In this document: positions 54,161 to 63,419 of the stretch, in pieces
Layout: each line of letters begins with the position of its first letter
Position numbering within the stretch: the first letter of the stretch is position 1
DNA from: Synergistaceae bacterium
Lineage (GTDB): Bacteria > Synergistota > Synergistia > Synergistales > Aminobacteriaceae
Length of the DNA stretch: 64,000 nt
Direction of reading: 5' to 3'
NCBI GenBank assembly: GCA_012521675.1
Contig: JAAYLU010000015.1
Span: forward strand, 4,617 to 68,616
Made by a program: the position numbers and the translations under genes
Notes under the pieces: generated by a model
Database searches by the model: none
The model's input: the letters and a program-made list of their open reading frames with translations, nothing else
Told to the model about the DNA's origin: nothing

Positions 54161-55528
54161 TCAAGCGCGTTTGAAACATGCCACCGTTTCGACATGGACT
54201 GTTTGAGGAAACATATCGAAACATGTCAGGTCCTCGATCAGAAATCCACCGTCGCAAAGCAGAGCCGCGTCACGGGCCAAAGTCGCGGGGTTGCAAGAGA
54301 CGTACACGACCCTGTCGGGGCGTCGCTCGATTATCGCCCCGAGCACATCCGCATCACAGCCGGTCCGCGGAGGATCCAGCACCACCGAGTCAAAACCGCC
54401 GTCCAGGGAGGGAATGACGCATCCGACCTCGCCTTCTATCACCTCCACCCTGTCCGACAGGCCGTTCCTCTCCATGTTTTTCCTCATCATCTCCACGGCC
54501 GAAGGCCACTCCTCCACCGAGGTCACGCGAGCGCACCTCTCAGCGATAAAGGCAGTTAGCGCGCCGACGCCGCTGAACAGCTCCAGGACCTCCTCGCCCC
54601 CGCCAGTTGAACAGGTGTATGCCGCGTGTTCGAAGAGGGCCCTGGCCTGGTTCGTGTTCACCTGGAAAAAGGACGTGGAGTCGTAGTCGAACGCGAACGG
54701 GGGAAGCACCTCACGGAGGAGCCCGTCGCCGTGGAGGACGTACGTTTCGGGGCCAAGGATCACGTTTCCCGGCGCGGTGTTTATGTTCAACGTGAAGCTC
54801 CTCAGGGTGGGGACAGCCTCCATCAGGGAGGGCAGGAGAACTCTCCGAAGCACGTCCCTCTCCTCCTGCGTCGGATGCCTCGACAGAACGAGGGAGACCA
54901 GTGAATCCGGACTGTTGATGCCCTGGCGGAAGATCGCGTGGCGCAGGAGGCCCCTCTCGACGCGCTCGTCGTAGGGCTCGAGGCCGAGGGTAGGCAGGAT
55001 CTTCGAGGCCCTGGCGAAGAGGTTATCTATGAGTGGCCCCGACACCGGGCATGAATCCATCGGCACGACATCGTGGCTCCCCCTGGCGTAGTAGCCCATT
55101 GTCGCGCGCCCGCGATACATCCGGATGGGCTGTGCGGTCTTGTTGCGATAACCCGTCCGGTCCGGACTAGGGACGCAAGGAGATATGGGGGGGAAGGGCC
55201 TTTTGCATATTCGACGAAAGGCGTCCTCTAGGATCGACCTCTTAAGCTTGAGCTGAAGAGGGTAGGAGGCATGCTGAAGCTGGCAGGCGCCGCAACGGTC
55301 GTAGACAGGGCAGAAGGGGGTTGTCCGCTCTTCGTGCGGCTCAAGCACGTCCACGCACGTCGCCGTGGAATAGCTCTTTTTTGTCGCTATGATCTTCGCT
55401 TTTACCGTCTCACGAGGCAGAGCCTTGCGAACAAAGACCACTCCACCGTCAGGCAGTCGGCCGATGGAACTCCCGTCGCTGCTGATCCTGTCGGTTCTTA
55501 TGACCACGACATCCCCTCTTGCGGCCAA
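54161..55528 (-). CDS. RumA/RlmD-family 23S rRNA (uracil-5)-methyltransferase
   Basis: TRAM-like N-terminus, Fe-S Cys cluster (CPVYDRCGACQLQH), SAM fold (ELFSGVGALT) and catalytic C-terminus (VYVSCNPATLARD). TTG at 55528 lies 5 nt after GGGAGGAG; the ORF-track ATG at 55606 is an alternative. Confidence 0.85.
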   Translation of the reverse strand: MAARGDVVVIRTDRISSDGSSIGRLPDGGVVFVRKALPRETVKAKIIATKKSYSTATCVDVLEPHEERTTPFCPVYDRCGACQLQHASYPLQLKLKRSILEDAFRRICKRPFPPISPCVPSPDRTGYRNKTAQPIRMYRGRATMGYYARGSHDVVPMDSCPVSGPLIDNLFARASKILPTLGLEPYDERVERGLLRHAIFRQGINSPDSLVSLVLSRHPTQEERDVLRRVLLPSLMEAVPTLRSFTLNINTAPGNVILGPETYVLHGDGLLREVLPPFAFDYDSTSFFQVNTNQARALFEHAAYTCSTGGGEEVLELFSGVGALTAFIAERCARVTSVEEWPSAVEMMRKNMERNGLSDRVEVIEGEVGCVIPSLDGGFDSVVLDPPRTGCDADVLGAIIERRPDRVVYVSCNPATLARDAALLCDGGFLIEDLTCFDMFPQTVHVETVACFKRA

Positions 55529-55651
55529 ATCTACTCCTCCCTCTTTATCCCCCGTTATTCTACACGAGAATCCTCGGCCATGACAAGAAACCGCGCCCGC
55601 TCCCATTCGGGATACGGCCGCGGTTCAGAGGATATGCCAGTTATGAGCGAT

Positions 55652-56215
55652 CTAAAGGTGGATGCTATTTTTGAAAATGGCGTACCCTTCGTCGAATGCC
55701 TGCGAGTTCATCTGCTTGGTCTTCTCGGGCACCTTCGCCAGGATTGCCTTCTTAACCGACTCCGGCCGCGCTATCTTCTCCAGTTCCAGAACCCTGGCGA
55801 CCGCTCCAAGGGCGACCATATTAGTGGTTATCTCGTTTCCCACCTTCTCGCGGGCCGTGCGTACTATGGGCAGGTAGTAGATGTTCGCGTCGACGTGCGG
55901 AAGGCTCGTGACGAAGAAGTCGTCGTATATGATGCGCCCGCCGGGAAGAGTGTCCGGCGCGTACTCCTCTGCCGCCTGTTGGGTGAGTATCACCTGCAGG
56001 TTCGGCTTCATCGCCTTCGGATAGTCTATAGGCTCCGTGGCGATGATCACTTCCGCCTTGGACTTGCCGCCTCTCGCCTCCGGGCCGTAGGACTGGGTCT
56101 GTACCACGCTGAGCCCTTCCTCGAAGAGGGCGGCCGCCTCCCCGGCGACCACCGCTGCAAGAATTATGCCCTGCCCGCCGGAGCCGGCGAAGCGTATCTC
56201 ATATCTACTTGCCAT
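55652..56215 (-). CDS. 2-oxoacid:ferredoxin oxidoreductase, gamma subunit
   Basis: RFAGSGGQGIILAA N-terminal motif typical of OFOR gamma subunits. The substrate (2-oxoglutarate or another 2-oxoacid) cannot be deduced. Confidence 0.88.
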   Translation of the reverse strand: MASRYEIRFAGSGGQGIILAAVVAGEAAALFEEGLSVVQTQSYGPEARGGKSKAEVIIATEPIDYPKAMKPNLQVILTQQAAEEYAPDTLPGGRIIYDDFFVTSLPHVDANIYYLPIVRTAREKVGNEITTNMVALGAVARVLELEKIARPESVKKAILAKVPEKTKQMNSQAFDEGYAIFKNSIHL

Positions 56216-57035
56216 CTTTCAGTCCTCCCACCCTTTTGACCAATGCCTGGTACTGCTCAGTGTACTCGGGGATCTTTTTCTTGACGAACTCCCCGACAAC
56301 GATTTTGCCGGCAAGCTCCTCGGGCGACATGTCCTTGGCCTTTACCATGGGAACCGAGTTCGCCTTGAAGAAGTTGACGTTGTCGATAGGCGTCCTGCGG
56401 TTGTTCTTCCGCCCGAACTGGGTGTGACAGTGAGTAAGAATCTCGACCACGGAGAAGCCCTTGTTTGTGATCGCAGCCTGTATGAACTGTTCCGCCTGCT
56501 TTGGGTTGGCGATGGTGGACCTTGCGACATAGGTCGCCCCGGCGCCCTCGGCCAGCCTGCAAATATCGAAGGCGGGGTCTATCGCACCATAGGGGCTGGT
56601 CGTAGCCCAGCACCCGGAGGGAGTCGTCGGCGAGATCTGCCCGCCCGTCATCCCGTAGATGTTGTTGTTCATCACGATCGCCGTGACGTCGATGTTCCTC
56701 CTGCAGGCGTGTATGAAGTGGTTTCCACCTATCGCCGCGCAGTCGCCGTCGCCCATTACATCTACCACGGTCAGCTCGGGATTGGCCAGCTTGATCCCAG
56801 TGGCGAAGGCCAGGGAGCGTCCGTGCGTGGTGTGAACCGTGCAGGCGTCGATATAGCCTGCCATCCTGCTTGAACAACCGATACCAGAAGCGATTACCGT
56901 CTGGGTCTTGTTCTTTCCAAGATTGACCAGGGCCCTCAGCAGGGAGTGCATAATAATTCCATGTCCGCAGCCGGGGCACCAAATATGGGGGAAAAACCTG
57001 GTTCTTAGCCAGTTGAAAACTTCAGGGGCGGGCAT
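56205..57035 (-). CDS. 2-oxoacid:ferredoxin oxidoreductase, beta (TPP-binding) subunit
   Basis: WCPGCGHG Cys motif and TPP-binding GDGD...N pattern (VMGDGDCAAIGGNHF...NNNIYGMTGGQ). Confidence 0.9.
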   Translation of the reverse strand: MPAPEVFNWLRTRFFPHIWCPGCGHGIIMHSLLRALVNLGKNKTQTVIASGIGCSSRMAGYIDACTVHTTHGRSLAFATGIKLANPELTVVDVMGDGDCAAIGGNHFIHACRRNIDVTAIVMNNNIYGMTGGQISPTTPSGCWATTSPYGAIDPAFDICRLAEGAGATYVARSTIANPKQAEQFIQAAITNKGFSVVEILTHCHTQFGRKNNRRTPIDNVNFFKANSVPMVKAKDMSPEELAGKIVVGEFVKKKIPEYTEQYQALVKRVGGLKDGK

Positions 57036-57037
57036 CT

Positions 57038-58180
57038 CTAGGCCACCTCCTCGATGAGGGTCAAAATTTCCTCGGGCTTGAACAGCTCGCCGTTCACGAG
57101 GTTTTGGGGCACTACCTTGGCCTTTCCTCGAACCGCCCGCTCCACCTCGAGCACCATCTGGCCGCAGTTAAGCTCGGGCACGATTATCGTCTTTGCCTTC
57201 CTGGCCAGTTTCTCCAGCTCCTTGTCCGGGAAGGGCCAAAGGGTCACAGGACGGAAAAATCCCGCCTTGATCCCCCTGACACGGGCCTCGTGAACTGCGC
57301 GCAGGCTGGTGCGGGCCACGCTTCCGTAGGCGAGGACGAGGATCTCCGCGTCATCTGTCATCACGGTCTCGTACTCGACTATATCGTCGCGGAAGCGATC
57401 TATCTTGCGCATCAGGCGCTTCATCATCTTCTCGATCTCTTCGGCGTTGTTCGTAGGGAAGCCCCACTCGTTATGCGTCAGCCCGGTGATGTGCCAGGTA
57501 TACCCGTCTCCGAACGAGGCCATGCAGGGCAGATCGTCCTTGGGGTCCGGCTGATAGGGGATGAACTTCTCGGGGATATCCACTGGGCGCTTTCTCTCCG
57601 TCAGATCCTTCGGGGTTATCTTGGGAGGGACGACCTTCTCCCGCATGTGACCAATGATCTCGTCGCTCATTATGAGTACGGGCTGACGGTACCTCTCGGC
57701 CGCATTGAAGGCCTTGATCGCTATCTCGTAGCACTCCTGGACGGAAGAGGGGGCGTAGCAGATAACCCCGTGGTCGCCGTGAGTCCCCCAGCGGGCCTGC
57801 ATGACATCCTGCTGGGCGGCTTTGGTGGGAAGCCCCGTTGAAGGTCCTCCTCTCATAACGTCGACGACGACTATGGGGATCTCTGCGATGTAAGCGAAGC
57901 CGAGGTTTTCCTGCTTGAGTGAAAATCCGGGTCCGGACGTGGCCGTAAGTGCTTTCTTGCCTGCTATCGAGCCGCCTATCGTGGCCGCGATTCCTGCGAT
58001 CTCATCCTCCATCTGTATGAAGCACCCGTTGAGCTTTGGAAGCTCCTGGGCCATTATCTCGGCGATCTCGGTCGAAGGGGTGATCGGGTATCCCGCGAAA
58101 AACCTGCATCCGGCCGCCAAAGCCCCGTAGGCTAGCGCCTCGTTTCCCTGCCAAAAAGCCACATCAGGCATCCTTAACAT
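57038..58180 (-). CDS. 2-oxoacid:ferredoxin oxidoreductase, alpha subunit
   Basis: GNEALAYGALAAGCRFFAGYPITPSTEI N-terminal block characteristic of OFOR alpha subunits. Confidence 0.9.
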   Translation of the reverse strand: MLRMPDVAFWQGNEALAYGALAAGCRFFAGYPITPSTEIAEIMAQELPKLNGCFIQMEDEIAGIAATIGGSIAGKKALTATSGPGFSLKQENLGFAYIAEIPIVVVDVMRGGPSTGLPTKAAQQDVMQARWGTHGDHGVICYAPSSVQECYEIAIKAFNAAERYRQPVLIMSDEIIGHMREKVVPPKITPKDLTERKRPVDIPEKFIPYQPDPKDDLPCMASFGDGYTWHITGLTHNEWGFPTNNAEEIEKMMKRLMRKIDRFRDDIVEYETVMTDDAEILVLAYGSVARTSLRAVHEARVRGIKAGFFRPVTLWPFPDKELEKLARKAKTIIVPELNCGQMVLEVERAVRGKAKVVPQNLVNGELFKPEEILTLIEEVA

Positions 58181-58376
58181 CCTCCTTAACCGTAATCGCC
58201 AGATCCGGGCATATATTCTCGCACTGCCTGCATCCTATGCAGTCATCCTGCCTTGCAACGACGGCCTTCTGACGGATCTCGTCGAGTTCCAGCACCTTTT
58301 TCGGGCAGATGTGAATGCATAGAGAACAGCCCTTGCACCAAGAGTTATTGACCAAAACCTCGTGTTTCTTCGGCAA
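58164..58376 (-). CDS. 2-oxoacid:ferredoxin oxidoreductase, delta subunit (2x[4Fe-4S] ferredoxin)
   Basis: Two CxxCxxCxxxCP motifs (CKGCSLCIHICP and CIGCRQCENICP). TTG at 58376 lies 6 nt after GGAGGTG; the ORF-track GTG at 58385 is immediately adjacent to the SD. Confidence 0.85.
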   Translation of the reverse strand: MPKKHEVLVNNSWCKGCSLCIHICPKKVLELDEIRQKAVVARQDDCIGCRQCENICPDLAITVKEDVKDA

Positions 58377-58526
58377 GAAAGTCACCTCCTACGTTATCTT
58401 AGAGACCACGACAAAAACAACGTTGAGCTAAAGAAAAGAATATCCCCTATCATCTGGACAAGCAAGCGCCTTCCAATATTTATCTTTTTTATCTAATAGG
58501 AATGAAATGGATAAATATGATAATAA

Positions 58527-59213
58527 TTAGCGGGCTCGTCCAGTGTCCGGGTCACGATGGAAGGATGCCCTGATAAGAGAGGGAATTACTGCGGAGTCCT
58601 TTTTCCGCAAGGCCATTGCCACGGAGGTAGACCCCCTGGGGAGGACTTGTTCCATTCTTTCAACTGCTGGGAAAAGACGGGCCGTTTTTTCCGGCCTGTC
58701 GGTCATCCATGAGACGTCCTTGAAACCGTCCTTCATCACCGAGGAGACGGCCTCCAGAAACTCTTCCGGGATATAGGCGCGTTCCGGCAAAAGGCGCGTC
58801 AAAGTGCAATTGCCCCCCTCTGATTCATAAAGGGCGCCGTAAATCTTCCCACCGCCGCCCTGGAGCACTACAGCAGCCGTACCGCAGGCGAGCCCCAACC
58901 CCTCCGATGCTGTGCACTCGAGGGATGAAAGCGGTATCACCATTTGGCCTCCGGCCCAGGCTAAAAAGGTTACGAACGAGATGCCGACCTTTATTCCGGT
59001 GAAGGACCCCGGCTCGGTCACCACCGAGTACAGGGATACGGACTCCACTCTTACGGCCAGGGAGTCGAGCAGGCTTTGAAAAAGCCCCGGGAGCATCGAC
59101 GCCTGCCTCATCCTCGCGTCGACGTTCACCTCACCGCGCACCATCCCGTCTATCGCCACCCCAAGCGTGGTCCACGCGGTGCAGCAGTCCACGGAGACAA
59201 TAATCTCACTCAT
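58527..59213 (-). CDS. tsaB: tRNA t6A37 biosynthesis protein TsaB (YeaZ)
   Basis: ASKHA-fold N-terminus (IIVSVDCCTAW) and the EPGSFTGIKVGISF block. 4-nt overlap with tsaE. Confidence 0.8.
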   Translation of the reverse strand: MSEIIVSVDCCTAWTTLGVAIDGMVRGEVNVDARMRQASMLPGLFQSLLDSLAVRVESVSLYSVVTEPGSFTGIKVGISFVTFLAWAGGQMVIPLSSLECTASEGLGLACGTAAVVLQGGGGKIYGALYESEGGNCTLTRLLPERAYIPEEFLEAVSSVMKDGFKDVSWMTDRPEKTARLFPAVERMEQVLPRGSTSVAMALRKKDSAVIPSLIRASFHRDPDTGRAR

Positions 59214-59707
59214 AAATATAATTCCCTCTTCATATCCAAAAATAGTTGCTCCAACGCCCGTTTCGCCATTTCCCCCTCGGCCGAGAAGGTCAACTCCCTC
59301 TCGTCGTCTTCACCGGTGAAGGCGAAGGATATTCTCCACAGCTGCGAGAAGTCCCAGGGCGTTCCCCTGTCGGCCCACTCTATGAAGATCACGTCGGCGA
59401 CATCCATGTAGTGGTCCATATCCAGCTCCGACGGGTCTACGAAGGAGAGCCTGTACAGGTCTGAATGAACCACCGTCCTTCCGTCGCACTCATATACGTT
59501 CACCAGGGTGAAGGAAGGGCTTCGTATATTCGAGCATCCCAGAGCTAGACAACATCCGCGGACAAGGACTGTCTTCCCCGCTCCGAGATCTCCCTCAAGC
59601 AGGATGGCGAGGCCGGTGAAGGCGCGTCTTGCGATCATCTCCCCGACATGGGAGGTCAGTTCCTCAGACTCGGACCTGATGGTAAAGGGGAAACGCTCCA
59701 CCTTCAT
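59210..59707 (-). CDS. tsaE: tRNA t6A37 biosynthesis ATPase TsaE (YjeE)
   Basis: LEGDLGAGKTVLVRG Walker A, SPSFTLVNVY, and HSDLYRL blocks. Confidence 0.9.
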   Translation of the reverse strand: MKVERFPFTIRSESEELTSHVGEMIARRAFTGLAILLEGDLGAGKTVLVRGCCLALGCSNIRSPSFTLVNVYECDGRTVVHSDLYRLSFVDPSELDMDHYMDVADVIFIEWADRGTPWDFSQLWRISFAFTGEDDERELTFSAEGEMAKRALEQLFLDMKRELYL

Positions 59708-59714
59708 CGACCCT

Positions 59715-59948
59715 CTATTTCCTCTTCCGTCTCAGGAGAAAAACAGCGAGCAGGGTTCCAGCACCCACGAAGTAGAGCAACAAGACCATCGGCGCAAGCG
59801 TGATCTCCTTTACGCCCATCCTGCCTACGCCGAATATCCAGAGCGCAGCCATCGCGAAACTCGCGAGGCTGATGCGGAAGCCCTTCCATCGGATTCGCTC
59901 CGTCTTGTTCTGCTCTTCATCCCAGTCTATGCGTTTTCTTTCCCTCAT
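59715..59948 (-). CDS. hypothetical small membrane protein (77 aa, two predicted TM helices)
   Basis: It fills the only gap between nnrD and tsaE. Charged N-terminus, two hydrophobic stretches, and a basic RRKRK tail. No recognisable family. Confidence 0.45.
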   Translation of the reverse strand: MRERKRIDWDEEQNKTERIRWKGFRISLASFAMAALWIFGVGRMGVKEITLAPMVLLLYFVGAGTLLAVFLLRRKRK

Positions 59949-60792
59949 TGCCTCTCTTCCTCATACTTCCGATTACCTTCGGCATGGCATCCGCCACCTC
60001 CGACGCCAACGCCCCGTCTATTCCACTTTCGCAGGATATCATCCGTCCGGCCCTGCCGTGCACATAGGCTCCCAGGCGGGCGCTGTCGAACAGCGAGGCC
60101 CCCGAGGCCGCAAAGGCCGCTATCGCACCGGAGAGTACGTCACCCGATCCGGGTATCGCAAGAGTCTGGTCCCCCTCCTCCACGGTATCCGAGCTGATAC
60201 CGTCGTGGATCAGAGTCCTCTTGCCCTTCAACAGGACAACACCGTAGCGAGATGCGATCGTCCGCGCCGCGGCCTCCCTGTCCTCGGAGACTATTTCGCG
60301 AGCGAGGCCGAGAAGATGTGCCGCCTCTCCCTCGTGCGGCGTGAGCAGGACCATGTCTCGGCTCGGACGTCGATCCCAGAAGAGCGGAAGCCAGAAAAGA
60401 CCATCCCCGTCGACCACCAGGGGTTTTGTCCAGGTTTGCATCATTATCCGCACCACCTCCCCCGCCTCGACCGACCTTCCCAGGCCGGGGCCGAGGACCA
60501 TGCAATCGACACGCGACTCCCAAGAGCTCAGCAACTCGAGGACGGAATCGACCGTACGTCCGAAAAGACCGGACAGAAACACTGCCTCCGGCAGCGAAGA
60601 GGCAGCGGCCGCGCAGATCGGCTCGTCGGAGAATATCACCGCGAGACCGCATCCCGCACGAAGAGCTCCCCGTGCGGCGAGAACCGGGGCACCCCTGTAG
60701 ATGTCGCATCCACCGACGACGACCACCCCTCCCCGGACCCCCTTGTGCATCTCCTCCGGTCTCTCCGGCAGAAGGGCTTCGTAGACCGTCAT
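59917..60792 (-). CDS. nnrD: ADP-dependent NAD(P)H-hydrate dehydratase (YjeF C-terminal type)
   Basis: HKGVRGGVVVVGG..YRGAPVLAARGALRAG and the C-terminal PGSGDVLSGAIAAF block. No N-terminal epimerase domain. Confidence 0.88.
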   Translation of the reverse strand: MTVYEALLPERPEEMHKGVRGGVVVVGGCDIYRGAPVLAARGALRAGCGLAVIFSDEPICAAAASSLPEAVFLSGLFGRTVDSVLELLSSWESRVDCMVLGPGLGRSVEAGEVVRIMMQTWTKPLVVDGDGLFWLPLFWDRRPSRDMVLLTPHEGEAAHLLGLAREIVSEDREAAARTIASRYGVVLLKGKRTLIHDGISSDTVEEGDQTLAIPGSGDVLSGAIAAFAASGASLFDSARLGAYVHGRAGRMISCESGIDGALASEVADAMPKVIGSMRKRGNEGKKTHRLG

Positions 60793-61163
60793 TCGACCGC
60801 CTCGAGGACGACCATCGCGACGGCATAGTCGCCTTCGTGAGATATGGAGAGAAAAATCTTCTCAGATCCCCCTAACGGCATTTTATCCTTTATTGAATCA
60901 GCTACCCGGATCAACGGCGCGGCGTCCGTCCTCTCCAGCCGGATGCCTCCGCCGAACGCAAGTGCGTACATCGGAATCCCCGAGGCCTTGGCGAAGGCCT
61001 CCCTCGCGGCGAAACAGGCCGCGAAGTGCCTCGCCGGCCTGGCCTTGTCAAGAGCGTAGCTTATCTCGTCCGAACTGAAGACCCTCTGCACGAATCGATC
61101 CGATCGTATTGCCCTCTCCATCCGGGCGATACTACAAAGGTCGACTCCTATGCCGATAATCAC
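60789..61163 (-). CDS. acpS: holo-[acyl-carrier-protein] synthase
   Basis: MIIGIGVDLCSIARMERAI and FAAREAFAKA blocks. 124 aa. Confidence 0.92.
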   Translation of the reverse strand: MIIGIGVDLCSIARMERAIRSDRFVQRVFSSDEISYALDKARPARHFAACFAAREAFAKASGIPMYALAFGGGIRLERTDAAPLIRVADSIKDKMPLGGSEKIFLSISHEGDYAVAMVVLEAVE

Positions 61164-61211
61164 GCAAACCCTCCCCGATGGGGGCGACGACCTTCCATAG
61201 GTTCAAGCAGG

Positions 61212-63419
61212 TCACTCGCCTCTTTTCATCTTGTCCGAAAGACGCTCCAGGGCCACATTCGCGAGCGCATGACCTCCGGCCGCCGCCCTGCCGTACCAGT
61301 CGGCCGCCCTATCGATGTCCTTCGGGACGCCCCTCCCGAACTCGTAGCAGAAGCCGAGTCCAAACTGGGCGGAGATTTCGCCCTGCTCGGCGGCCTTGCG
61401 GTACCAGGCCGCGCCCTTGGCATCGTCGCGCGAAACTCCCGTACCACCTGTGTATATTCGGCCTAGAGCGGTCTGCGCCTCCGGGTGCCCTTGGCCTGCG
61501 GCCTTTTTGTACCACTTTGCGGCCTGTACCGGGTCGGGGTCCACTCCCCTCCCCGTATCGTACATATCCCCGAGGACAAACTGGGCATGGGCCGACCCGG
61601 AGGCCGCAGCCCTGCCATACCAGAAGGCCGCGGCTCTTTCGCTTCTGCTCACGCCCTTCCCCTGTTCATACATCCGCGCCAGTATCAGCTGTGCCTCGGT
61701 ATGCCCCTGCTCTCCGGCCCTTTGATACCAGTCCGCGGCCTGAGTCTCGCTCGGCTTGAACCCCAGTCCCTGTTCGTAGAGACTGCCCAAACTGAACTGG
61801 GCCCGCACGTCGCCCTGTTCTGCGGCGCGCCTGTACCACTTTGCAGCCTGAGCATAATCCTGCTTCCTCCCCCTGCCGCTCTCATAGGCCAGGGCCAACG
61901 AGTGCTGGGCATGCACATATCCCTCTTCGGCCGCCTTCTCGTACCAGTCGGCAGCCCTGGACGGATCGGGAGGCCCAAGGGTACCGGAGGAACTCATTCT
62001 GCCGAGAGCGTACTGGGCCGCCGCGTCTCCCTGCCTAGCAGCCTTCATGTACCATTCGGCAGCCTTCTCGCGGCTGCCGAACAGCCCTCCGAACTCGTAA
62101 AGCCTCCCCACGCTCCTCTGCGCCGAGGGGTCTCCTCCCTCGGCCCTCTCCATCAGGTCCCTCGCGGCAAAGAAGAGAAAACCTCCGCCCGCAAGCAGGG
62201 CCAAGGAGAGAAAGAAGAATAACCAAGTGACAAAGCGCCTGATCCTGCCCCTGGGCCTGGCGGGTTTCTTCTGTTTTCTTCGCGAGGCGGCATGAGCGTC
62301 GGCTCGCTCCGACTCGGGCCTTTCAGGGGCTCGCGGGGTCGCTTTCGCATCGTAACTTGAAAAACGAACATCCCCCAGCAGGCCCTCCTTCAGCTCCCTC
62401 ATGCTCTGGGGGCGATCCTCCGAGGCTAGCGAGAGGGCGCGCATCAGCGCGGCCTCCGCATAGCCGGGAATAGATATCCCCATGCTTATCGGCGATGGGA
62501 GCACGTCTTCCTCCAGCCTGTCGAGGGCATCCGCCGGGACCATCCCCGCGATGCACCGGTAGAAAGTGGCCGCCATGCCGTAGACGTCGGACCATGGGCC
62601 GAGCCTCCTGCTGCCCCTGTACTGCTCCGGCGGGCTGTAGCCCTTTTTGAGGATCACCGAGTGGTGGCGCTGCTGTATCAGGGAGAGCACTGTCTTTGAC
62701 GCGCCGAAGTCCAGCAGCTTGATCTGCCCGAAGCGGGTCAGGAAAATGTTGTCCGGGCTTATGTCCCTGTGGATCAGTCCGGAGGCGTGCACTTCGTCGA
62801 GAGCGTCCATCAGCGGGGAGAGAATGGCGAAGGCCTCCCCGAAGGAGAGACGTCCTCCCCTCTCCTTTATATGCGCCATGAGGGTCCGTCCCTCGAGCAG
62901 GGTCATCACCATGTAGGCGGAGCCGTTCTCCTCGAAGAAGTCCTTCACCGAGACGATGCACGGGTTCCCCTCGAAGCGCGCGAGCGTCCTCGCCTCCTCG
63001 ATGAACTTCTCCATCCCCTTGACGAAGTCCTCCCTGATCTCCTCCGATGCGTGGGTGACGGATCTGTCCTCGGGGTTTCGTATCGCGAGCCCGGTCGGGA
63101 AATACTCCTTGATAGCGAGCTTGGTCTTCAAAAGCAGGTCCATCCCCAAGTACGTCATCCCGAACCCGCCCTGCCCGATCAGCCTCCCCACGACATAGCG
63201 ACCGTGTACGATCGTGCCCGGCTTCAACCGGTTCCAGTCGCCGTCGGTCGACTTGGATTCGCTGTAGCCGCAGGCAGGGCAGACGTCCTCCCCCCGGCCG
63301 GGGGAGAAGCAGGCAATGCAGAGAGAGTTCAGATCGGCGGAAAGAGGCCCGGTGGAGGGGTTGAGATCCCGGTGCTCTTCGGTCAACGGGATCACCCCTC
63401 GCTCACGAGGGCCAGACAA
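61212..63419 (-). CDS. Ser/Thr protein kinase with N-terminal zinc ribbon, one TM helix and C-terminal Sel1 repeats
   Basis: CIAC...CPAC ribbon. Hanks kinase motifs GQGGFG, AIKEY, HRDISPDN, DFG and SPPE. TM helix (FVTWLFFFLSLALLAGGGFLFFAA). Eight Sel1-like units of ~36 aa (..AQ..LG..Y..G.G...D...A..WY.KAAEQG). Confidence 0.9.
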   Translation of the reverse strand: MSGPRERGVIPLTEEHRDLNPSTGPLSADLNSLCIACFSPGRGEDVCPACGYSESKSTDGDWNRLKPGTIVHGRYVVGRLIGQGGFGMTYLGMDLLLKTKLAIKEYFPTGLAIRNPEDRSVTHASEEIREDFVKGMEKFIEEARTLARFEGNPCIVSVKDFFEENGSAYMVMTLLEGRTLMAHIKERGGRLSFGEAFAILSPLMDALDEVHASGLIHRDISPDNIFLTRFGQIKLLDFGASKTVLSLIQQRHHSVILKKGYSPPEQYRGSRRLGPWSDVYGMAATFYRCIAGMVPADALDRLEEDVLPSPISMGISIPGYAEAALMRALSLASEDRPQSMRELKEGLLGDVRFSSYDAKATPRAPERPESERADAHAASRRKQKKPARPRGRIRRFVTWLFFFLSLALLAGGGFLFFAARDLMERAEGGDPSAQRSVGRLYEFGGLFGSREKAAEWYMKAARQGDAAAQYALGRMSSSGTLGPPDPSRAADWYEKAAEEGYVHAQHSLALAYESGRGRKQDYAQAAKWYRRAAEQGDVRAQFSLGSLYEQGLGFKPSETQAADWYQRAGEQGHTEAQLILARMYEQGKGVSRSERAAAFWYGRAAASGSAHAQFVLGDMYDTGRGVDPDPVQAAKWYKKAAGQGHPEAQTALGRIYTGGTGVSRDDAKGAAWYRKAAEQGEISAQFGLGFCYEFGRGVPKDIDRAADWYGRAAAGGHALANVALERLSDKMKRGE
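61245..62138 (-). repeat. eight in-frame ~108-bp Sel1/TPR-like coding repeats
   Basis: The periodic motif A.WY.(K/R)AA.QG...AQ..LG..Y..G.G is seen eight times in the translation of the kinase C-terminus. Confidence 0.7.

Noticed and set aside
55271-56239. 322-aa ORF on the + strand
   Set aside because: It is antisense to the RumA-type methyltransferase and the OFOR gamma subunit. It has low-complexity Arg/Leu-rich composition and no SD or motifs.
58386-58526. Promoter for the oxidoreductase operon in the AT-rich spacer (e.g. TTGCTT-17 nt-TATTCT on the - strand)
   Set aside because: Both hexamers are weak and several alternatives score similarly by eye. This is not specific enough to annotate.
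59800-60828. 342-aa ORF on the + strand, plus several 120-230-aa ORFs on both strands in the same interval
   Set aside because: They are antisense or out of frame relative to nnrD and acpS, both of which have clear family signatures. Their Pro/Arg/Ser-rich composition is typical of non-coding frames.
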